The position numbers and the translations under genes are program-made. DNA of 21,018 bases from a virus (lineage: Duplodnaviria; Heunggongvirae; Uroviricota; Caudoviricetes): positions 1-21,018 of IMG/VR virus record IMGVR_UViG_2740892421_000008, one strand, 5' to 3'. Positions 15,151-21,018 of the stretch are shown here, piece by piece (the first letter of the stretch is position 1; each line of letters begins with the position of its first letter). Under the pieces are notes generated by a model that was given only the letters and a program-made list of their open reading frames with translations, was not told the DNA's origin and ran no database searches.

Positions 15151-16056
15151 CGTTTCCTCCTGTGTAACAGATTCATTCAGTGCAGAAACCATCACTTCAA
15201 CAGCATCTGCAGCATTAATCAGTTGATCAGCCAGGCCTGCATCAATGCCTGCCTGACCGTCATAAACGGCAGCCTCGGTATTCATCACCGCCTCTGAACT
15301 CAGCCCCGTATAAAGCGCCACCTTGTCGACAAACATCCGGCGGGCCTCATCAATACGGCGCTGAAAATCTGCACGCACACCTGCCGGCAATGCCTGAATA
15401 CTGTTGCCGTCAACCTTGTGCTGCCCGGAGTAAATCAGCGTGATGTCCACCCCTTCCTGTGCCAGTTGTTTCTCGTAACTGGCGTGCGCCATCATCACGC
15501 CAATCGAACCAATTTTTGCCGTCTGCGTGACCAGCCGACGGGTACAGGCTGCCGCCAGCAACATGGCGGCTGAACAGGCCATGTCATTACACAGCGCCCA
15601 CACGGGCTTCTGTTCCCGCAGACGGTAAATCATGTCAGCACAGTCAAACGCCCCGGCAGCCTGACCGCCCGGGCTGTCGATATCCAGCAAAATGCCGCGC
15701 ACATCCGGATCATTCACCGCCATCTGAAGGCGGGCCGTCAGGCCGTCATAGCCAGTCATGCCGGAGTAAGGCCGCAGGGTACCCAGTTTATGCACCAGCG
15801 TGCCGCTCACCGGCAGAATGGCGATGCCATTCTTCACCTGGTAACTCTTTGCCGGACGCTGACCGCCCGCCATATAGTCAGTCACAGCCAGTTGCATTCC
15901 ATCAGCATCAAGCTGAACAGCCTGCTGAGGAACGGCAAGGCTGCCGGCCCCTATCTCCTTACCCAGCGCGCAAAAGAAAACCCGCGCATAGGCGGGTTCC
16001 AGTAAAAGCGGTTCATTAAATGCCATGGCGGCAATATGCGATAAATTACGACGCAT
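14578..16056 (-). CDS. C: Prohead protease / scaffold protein, lambda gpC-like (S49/ClpP-type N-terminal protease domain, repeat-containing C-terminal scaffold domain)
   Basis: 492-aa ORF directly after the portal gene (start overlaps the portal stop). The N-terminal two thirds look like a serine peptidase domain; the C-terminal third carries three tandem copies of a 46-aa module. Confidence 0.88.
   Translation of the reverse strand: MRRNLSHIAAMAFNEPLLLEPAYARVFFCALGKEIGAGSLAVPQQAVQLDADGMQLAVTDYMAGGQRPAKSYQVKNGIAILPVSGTLVHKLGTLRPYSGMTGYDGLTARLQMAVNDPDVRGILLDIDSPGGQAAGAFDCADMIYRLREQKPVWALCNDMACSAAMLLAAACTRRLVTQTAKIGSIGVMMAHASYEKQLAQEGVDITLIYSGQHKVDGNSIQALPAGVRADFQRRIDEARRMFVDKVALYTGLSSEAVMNTEAAVYDGQAGIDAGLADQLINAADAVEVMVSALNESVTQEETMTVKNLTVAEAVVQENQRVMGILNCQEAKGREQLAQMLAGQPGMTVEQAKTLLAAAPVAGTDSTGDQIMALPEAKGREQLAQALAEQPGMTVDQAKTLLAAAPVAGSASVGDQIMALPEAKGREQLAQALTEQPGMTVAQAKTLLAAAPAASQPSQETLFDRFMAQHAASAVSGGGTAGRGEEDLLMSMP
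14698..15072. repeat. Tandem in-frame coding repeats, 138-bp period (about 2.7 copies of a 46-aa module EAKGREQLAQxLxxQPGMTVxQAKTLLAAAPVAG…DQIMALP)
   Basis: The landmark gccataatctgatc recurs on the + strand at 14804 and 14942 (138 bp apart). The three protein copies are near-identical, while the DNA copies differ at many positions. Confidence 0.8.
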
Positions 16057-17617
16057 CGCCTTTTTCTCCCGTTGTCTGTCGGATCTGCTGCTGAAACGTG
16101 TCCTTTATCCAGATGGGGCGGGGAAGACCCGCTGCCTGTCGCTCCTGGCTTTCACGCAGTTGCTGGCGGAAAATCTCCTGATAGTCATCGCCCATCAGGG
16201 CCAGCTCTTTCTCGTACGTGCTCAGGCCACCTTCAATACGCATCACCGCTTCCTGCACTTCCTTAAGGCCATCAATCGCCATGCGACCGGCACCAATCCA
16301 CTCGGCACGACACCATCCGGAACGGGCCTCCCAGAATGAAAAACGGGATTTCGGCGGGCGGATCACACCGCGAATAAGCGCTTCCTCCAGCCAGCAGGCA
16401 AACATCTGTGATGCCAGCCGGCTGGCCACAAATTTTCGTTTGCCCATAAAATACCGCCACGACTCATTGGCGGATGCCCTGGCACTGGAATAACTGACCT
16501 GTGAATAATCACGGGAAAGCTGTTCATAGGACACCCCCAGTCCGGCAGCAATGTAACGTAACAGCGCCTTTTCCAGTTCAGAGAAACCATTATCTGCATT
16601 CTGCGCTGTCTGCAGATTCAGTGAATCCCCCGGATAAAGATGTGGAATACGGACCCCGCCCAGCTTTACCGTATTGGTGGCGTAATAACGCGCGTAGCCT
16701 TTCATGATGGTGTTCAGGGGATTTTTACCGCCATCTCCCACCCCGGCGATATATTCAAATGCTTTTTCCGAATCCAGCGTGGATTCAATCGTCGCGGCAT
16801 ACATCGCCCGCACCACCGCCGACTGCAGTTGCGTGGCCTGCAGTGTGTCGAGCATCTTGAGACGCTCCATGACAGAATAAAACTGGTTGGCCCCGCGCGT
16901 CTGCCCGTCCTCCTGCGGCTGAAACACATGGATCATTCCCGGTCGCCCGGAGGGCAGCGCCGCCGCAATCCGCGTCCAGTTGCTGACACCGTAACCTGGC
17001 CAGTCATCTTCCTGAACATGGTAGGCCAGTGCTTTTCCGTACCGGTTGATTTCCACCCCGGCACGCATAAAACGATCGCCGATGCCATAAACGGGCGTAC
17101 TGACACGTTTCGGGCTGATGGTCTTGAATTTCGTCCGGAATAATGACGTGGATTCCGTATCCCATACGGGCTGGACAAAAATTTCACCGTTAAACGTATG
17201 AACGCCCACCCCTTCACGAATAAATTCGGTAAACGAGCGACGCCCCTCCACATCCATCGAACCAAACACAGGATCGCAATATTCCATCCACGCCGCCTCC
17301 ACATCTTCAATAAAGGCATGCGAATCAGCTTCCGACATCCCCAGCCAGCGCCAGTTGGGCCGGTAGCTCAGGCGAAACATGTGCCCGACGATATGGTCTT
17401 TATGAATTTCCACTGCATTTGCGGCAATACCGTTGTTACGGACCAGATCATCCGCACGGGCGTTACCCAGCTGAATGGAAGGTAAGAGCGCCACATCGGC
17501 ACTTTCCGGTGCAGGCAACCATTCCGCAAGCTGCCCGCCAAATCCGGTACCCCCTCCGGAATATCCCATACTCTGCCGCAATGGCTGCCCGTGCAGATCC
17601 ACCAGTTCCCCGTTCAC
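16046..17617 (-). CDS. B: Portal protein, lambda gpB-like
   Basis: 523 aa, matching lambda gpB along most of its length: …GNARADDLVRNNG…NGEIFVQPVWDT…FRTKFKTISPKR…HVFQPQEDGQTRGANQFYSVMERLKMLDTLQATQLQSAVV…LLRYIAAGLGVSYEQLSRDYSQVSYS…GSGRMAIDGLKEVQEAVMRIEGGLSTYEKE…. Confidence 0.93.
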   Translation of the reverse strand: MNGELVDLHGQPLRQSMGYSGGGTGFGGQLAEWLPAPESADVALLPSIQLGNARADDLVRNNGIAANAVEIHKDHIVGHMFRLSYRPNWRWLGMSEADSHAFIEDVEAAWMEYCDPVFGSMDVEGRRSFTEFIREGVGVHTFNGEIFVQPVWDTESTSLFRTKFKTISPKRVSTPVYGIGDRFMRAGVEINRYGKALAYHVQEDDWPGYGVSNWTRIAAALPSGRPGMIHVFQPQEDGQTRGANQFYSVMERLKMLDTLQATQLQSAVVRAMYAATIESTLDSEKAFEYIAGVGDGGKNPLNTIMKGYARYYATNTVKLGGVRIPHLYPGDSLNLQTAQNADNGFSELEKALLRYIAAGLGVSYEQLSRDYSQVSYSSARASANESWRYFMGKRKFVASRLASQMFACWLEEALIRGVIRPPKSRFSFWEARSGWCRAEWIGAGRMAIDGLKEVQEAVMRIEGGLSTYEKELALMGDDYQEIFRQQLRESQERQAAGLPRPIWIKDTFQQQIRQTTGEKGDAS

Positions 17618-17823
17618 AGCCCCACTCCTGCCGGGGCACGACGCCGTCCGGATACGCCCAGCGCACTTTCCAGCTCTTTAATATACTGGCGTAGTTCACC
17701 AATCGTCGCCCGCGAATACTGAACCTGACGCCCGTCCTTACTGACGGAAACCACAGCACGTCCGATCATCAGTTCATGTAATGCCCGACGGGCATCACAA
17801 AGCATTTCATGCGTATAAACCAT
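17614..17823 (-). CDS. W: Head-tail joining protein, lambda gpW-like
   Basis: 69 aa; …ARRALHELMIGRAVVSVSKDGRQVQYSRATIGELRQYIKELE…RRRAPAG… parallels lambda gpW (…[42 protein letters not shown]…RRRGPAG…). Confidence 0.88.
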   Translation of the reverse strand: MVYTHEMLCDARRALHELMIGRAVVSVSKDGRQVQYSRATIGELRQYIKELESALGVSGRRRAPAGVGL

Positions 17824-17826
17824 TCT

Positions 17827-19743
17827 TTATCCTCCACTCAGTGCAGCCGCGATTTCTTCCAGACTCATCTCATCGTCGTCCTGCTCATCTCTTCTGGCAC
17901 GGGCCAGTGCTTCAAGATCCAGCTGCCACCGCTGAACTGAAATACGCAGGGCAGCATAGGCATATACCAGGCAGTCGAGGGCTTCGTTGCGTCGCCCTTT
18001 TTTATCCCACAGCAGTTTCACCCTGCCATTAACCACCTTCTCCACCAGCTCTTCCGCCACGATCTGACGCGCCTCTTCTTCCGAAAAAATGTCGGGGTTA
18101 TCCGGAAAACGGACGGTATACGGGGCGGCTTCACTGACAGAGACCACTGGCAGGGCAAAACGGGCGTACAGCATTTCCTTGACGGTATCGGAGCCCACCT
18201 CACACAAAAACACACCACGCTGGTTGCGCTTTTTGGGCATGGTGATCACCGGCTTGCCGTACACCGATGCCCCTTTTATGGGAAGCACAAAAAAAGTGCC
18301 GTGTTTCCTGGAACGCTGATACACAATGTCCTGGTCGATACCACCGGTATCCCAGCAGACACGGGAAATGGAAATTTCAGTACCGTCAGCATGACGATAT
18401 TTTTTCCGGATCACCGTATCAACACGTTTAAGGGTGTCCTCGTCTTCCGGTCGCCCCATGATAATTTGCTTATCAATCAGAAAGGCTTCTTCGCCGGGAG
18501 CCCAGCCCCAGACATAAATTTCATAGCGATCTTTCTGGGAGTCGATCCCGGCGGTCAGGTAAACCACCCGCAGGGGAACCTGCGCACCATAGTGGCAGAC
18601 TTTTTCCAGCAACAACTCAAAGCTCAGTTTTTCTGCCACGGCCTCTTCATAGGGCTCCCCGAGCGTGGTGTTAATAAACGTCTTAACACCGTTCGGATCC
18701 TTCAGCGCATCCAGCCAGTCATAAACAATCTGTACCCAGGTGGTGAACGGACTGTACGCTGTCCACACGTGGTACGTGATTGAGCGCGGTGGCGGCATCT
18801 CCTCATCACCGGCGCTGTAAAATGCCAGGCCGTCGCGCGTCCACATCCCGGTATTGTCACAAATCCAGCGCCCGTCGGTCTGGTCAAGTTCCGACTGCCG
18901 GATCACACAGCCATTATGTTCACACAGGTAATACACCGTTTCCGGTTTACCCTTCTCCCATTTCAGGCCAAACGGCGTCGCATCATCGCCAAACTTCAGA
19001 TACTGGGCCTCCCCGCAATGAGGGCAAGGGACATAAAACCGCATGAAATGCGCAGATTCATTCGCGGCTTTCTCAATCTGGCAGGAGCCTTTAATTTTCG
19101 GCGTTGAGCCGCGTATGGATTTAGGCCATACCGAGCCTTCGATACGTTTATCGCCAAGCAGCGTCGGCGAGCCTTCTTTTTCCACATCCGGTTCAAACGA
19201 GGAGAGTTCGTCATAGCAGACCACATCCACAGATTTTTCACGGTAGTTTTTAGCTGCGGCACCGCCCAGGCACCAGAACCCCACGCCGGAGGAAAAACGC
19301 TTCAGGGTAAGTGTATTATCGCGGTGCTTTCTTCCGTACCATGGAGCCAGCTCCAGCAATGCAGGGACATCCCTGATCGTTGGCTCAACATGAGATTTCA
19401 TGAAATCTTCTGCCGCAGAATCTGTTGGCTGAAAAAGCAGACTGTTACGGGATTTATGCTCAATAAAATAAGCCTCCACCCCCAACAGCATTTTGGTGTA
19501 ACCAACGCGCGCCGATTTAATCAGATTAACGGTGCGGATCCGGTCATTTCCCATGCTGTTCATAATGGCAACCTGAAACGGCAGGGTTTCCCATTGTCCG
19601 GGAGTGTATGAAGATTCTTTCGGCAGATAATAATGTTGATCAGCCCACTGAACCGTCGTCAGTGGAACCGGAATATTGAGAGATAAAAGCCCTGTAGCTA
19701 TCGCACCGGCTGCATTAGCTGCCTTCTGTGCGTCTGAAATCAT
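17827..19743 (-). CDS. A: Terminase large subunit, lambda gpA-like
   Basis: Collinear with lambda gpA: …[25 protein letters not shown]…[14 protein letters not shown]…FIEHK…[16 protein letters not shown]…[14 protein letters not shown]…[14 protein letters not shown]…[25 protein letters not shown]…[18 protein letters not shown]. The track start (19785) adds 14 residues; I prefer ATG 19743..19741, which gives lambda-like spacing to the WAD motif and a 29-nt overlap with the small subunit. Confidence 0.93.
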   Translation of the reverse strand: MISDAQKAANAAGAIATGLLSLNIPVPLTTVQWADQHYYLPKESSYTPGQWETLPFQVAIMNSMGNDRIRTVNLIKSARVGYTKMLLGVEAYFIEHKSRNSLLFQPTDSAAEDFMKSHVEPTIRDVPALLELAPWYGRKHRDNTLTLKRFSSGVGFWCLGGAAAKNYREKSVDVVCYDELSSFEPDVEKEGSPTLLGDKRIEGSVWPKSIRGSTPKIKGSCQIEKAANESAHFMRFYVPCPHCGEAQYLKFGDDATPFGLKWEKGKPETVYYLCEHNGCVIRQSELDQTDGRWICDNTGMWTRDGLAFYSAGDEEMPPPRSITYHVWTAYSPFTTWVQIVYDWLDALKDPNGVKTFINTTLGEPYEEAVAEKLSFELLLEKVCHYGAQVPLRVVYLTAGIDSQKDRYEIYVWGWAPGEEAFLIDKQIIMGRPEDEDTLKRVDTVIRKKYRHADGTEISISRVCWDTGGIDQDIVYQRSRKHGTFFVLPIKGASVYGKPVITMPKKRNQRGVFLCEVGSDTVKEMLYARFALPVVSVSEAAPYTVRFPDNPDIFSEEEARQIVAEELVEKVVNGRVKLLWDKKGRRNEALDCLVYAYAALRISVQRWQLDLEALARARRDEQDDDEMSLEEIAAALSGG

Positions 19744-20263
19744 CAATCCACCTGCCCACGTTTTCACCGGCTTTAGCTGCAACATTGGAGGCTTTCGCGA
19801 TTTCAGTTTTCACCACATCAAGGTGTGATGGTGAAATATCCGGATATTTACGCTGTAATGTCAGCGGCACACGTACAAGTATCCCCGAAATCTCCTGTGC
19901 CACACGTTGCAGAATGAAGGTAAACAATTCCGTTTCCAGCACCAGCCCTTCTTCACGGGCATTTTTCAGCTCCTGTGCGTCAGCCTGTGCTTTGGTGAGC
20001 CGGTAGCGTTCATAGTCAATGGTGCCGGGTTGTAAATCTGATTCTGCAGCCGCACGCAAATCTTCCAGTTCTTTGCGGAGCTTTTCGTTTTCGATATCTT
20101 TTTCCCGCTGCGCATACCACTCAATGGCTTCTGCAGTATTGAACATGGCTTCGATACCTTTGCCTCCCCCCGACAAAACTCTCAGCCCCTGACTTTGCCA
20201 GCCAGTGATTGTTCTGACATCGCACTCAAAAATTTCCGCCAGTTTCTTTTTGTTAACCTTCAC
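19715..20263 (-). CDS. nu1: Terminase small subunit, lambda Nu1-like
   Basis: 182 aa; (M)[11 protein letters not shown]…[20 protein letters not shown]…[48 protein letters not shown]… parallels lambda Nu1 (MEVNKKQLADIF…GGGKG…[47 protein letters not shown]…). The start codon is GTG (20263..20261) with GAGG about 10 nt upstream. Sits directly downstream of the cos repeats. Confidence 0.9.
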   Translation of the reverse strand: MKVNKKKLAEIFECDVRTITGWQSQGLRVLSGGGKGIEAMFNTAEAIEWYAQREKDIENEKLRKELEDLRAAAESDLQPGTIDYERYRLTKAQADAQELKNAREEGLVLETELFTFILQRVAQEISGILVRVPLTLQRKYPDISPSHLDVVKTEIAKASNVAAKAGENVGRWIDDFRRTEGS

Positions 20264-20460
20264 GGCACATATTCCTCACAAAAAGAAGAAAGGATCTCAA
20301 AACGCTTTTTTCAGCGAAAAATCACCGCTGCCAGATCCTTTCTTTTTTTTAAGAAAACCCTATTAAACAACAGGTTAGCCAGAAGAAGAACGGATCTGCT
20401 TTTTCCCTGAAAATTTTCATAAATAGCGCGTTTTTGCGCGTCCCCAGACCCTCGGTGTTT
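20264..20460 (-). other. cos site: predicted cosN (about 20436..20458) plus cosB with three Nu1-binding-type repeats (R3-like 20381..20399, inverted R2-like 20332..20349, R1-like 20281..20298)
   Basis: On the minus strand the region reads gggtctggggacgcgcaaaaacgCGCTATTTATGAAAATTTTCagggaaaaagcagatcCGTTCTTCTTCtg…, collinear with the lambda left end GGGCGGCGACCTCGCGGGTTTTCGCTATTTATGAAAATTTTCCGG…CGTTTCCGTTCTTCTTCG. The motif AGAAGAA(A/C)GGATC occurs twice in direct and once in inverted orientation, with 100 bp between the outer copies, as for lambda R3/R2/R1. Confidence 0.75.
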
Positions 20461-20593
20461 CAGGTTCTGGAAAGGACCCATAAAAAAGAGAACAATTATC
20501 ATTGCATTGAAGACATCAATCTTGTTGTATTGCCACAAATCAGGGCCATTAAACAAACATGTCAAAGAATAACAATTCAAAGTGACCTGCCAA

Positions 20594-20839
20594 TTAATAG
20601 GCCTGATAACTAATTAATGATATTTCCGTTTTCCCGCTAGAATATGTTCTATAATGCAGGATAACTTTTGTATTTTCATTCAAAGCATTAATTATTGATT
20701 GTTTTGATATGTCTGGAAATTGGTTTTGAATATCAGCAACCAATGTTTCAAGATAAAGATCAACCTCTCTGCGCGGTGGTACACAACATAAATTGTATAA
20801 ATAGTTATTAACTATATTCGTAACATTTCTCATGCCCAC
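20594..20839 (-). CDS. Hypothetical small protein (about 79-81 aa) in the AT-rich segment to the right of cos
   Basis: Only ORF of 60 aa or more in the low-GC stretch; co-directional with the late genes. Track start is GTG 20839 (GAGG 4 nt upstream); alternative ATG at 20833. No family recognised; AT-rich codon usage unlike the structural genes. Confidence 0.3.
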   Translation of the reverse strand: MGMRNVTNIVNNYLYNLCCVPPRREVDLYLETLVADIQNQFPDISKQSIINALNENTKVILHYRTYSSGKTEISLISYQAY

Positions 20840-20940
20840 AATGCCTCATGATAAAAAATATTAACCTGTATTCACTCCTGATATAATATCATAAAAAAAA
20901 TCCAACTTATCCTTTCCATCAAAGTGGTAATGACTCCAAC

Positions 20941-21018
20941 TTATTGATAGTGTTTTATGTTCAGATAATGCCCGATGACTTTGTCATGCAGCTCCACCGA
21001 TTTTGAGAACGACAGCGA
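20941..21018 (-). CDS. 3' end of an unidentified gene entering from beyond the right window edge
   Basis: One minus-strand frame is open from the window edge and stops at TAA 20943..20941 (…SLSFSKSVELHDKVIGHYLNIKHYQ*); the other two minus frames stop within 20 codons of the edge. Only 26 codons are visible. Confidence 0.3.
   Translation of the reverse strand, partial: SLSFSKSVELHDKVIGHYLNIKHYQ

Noticed and set aside
16640-17143. 167-aa + strand ORF
   Set aside because: Antisense to the portal gene (lambda B-like), which matches its homologue across this whole span.
18301-18783. 160-aa + strand ORF
   Set aside because: Antisense to the terminase large subunit gene.
20311-20580. 89-aa minus-strand ORF spanning the cos region
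   Set aside because: It would be translated straight through cosN and the R3-like repeat; the Lys/Phe/Asn-rich product derives from A/T runs. The non-coding cos interpretation explains the sequence better.
20960-21018. Vague sense that the last 50 nt of the window resemble a sequence I have seen in cloning vectors or a lambda right-end segment
   Set aside because: I cannot reproduce an alignment from memory with any reliability and cannot run a search; not reported as a feature.
1-21018. Integrase, attachment site, tRNA, rRNA, transposase/IS element, toxin-antitoxin pair or known defence-system genes
   Set aside because: None found. Apart from the cos site and the AT-rich 550 bp at the right edge, the window is occupied by structural and packaging genes with almost no intergenic space.

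Overview
The window is almost entirely the late (virion morphogenesis) region of an integrated temperate phage, probably in an enterobacterial host. Every credible gene is on the minus strand, forming one co-directional block of about 20 kb with many overlapping stop/start codons. In transcription order (high to low coordinates): a lambda-type cos site (20264..20460), terminase small and large subunits (Nu1/A-like), head-tail joining W, portal B, prohead protease/scaffold C (with a nested Nu3-like scaffold start and tandem 46-aa repeats), decoration D, major capsid E, FI and FII. Two uncharacterised proteins sit at the head-tail junction, followed by a P2-type contractile tail: V spike, W, J, I, fibre H, fibre assembly, sheath, tube, chaperone E/E' (recoding site), tape measure, U, X, D. 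The window ends inside a lambda Stf-like side tail fibre gene. Right of cos is a short AT-rich stretch with one orphan ORF and the 3' end of another gene. I found no rRNA, tRNA, CRISPR array, integrase, transposase or recognisable defence/toxin system; the points worth a second look are recoding, regulatory and mosaic-junction features. All protein identifications come from reading the translations against remembered lambda and P2 protein sequences; no database search was run.
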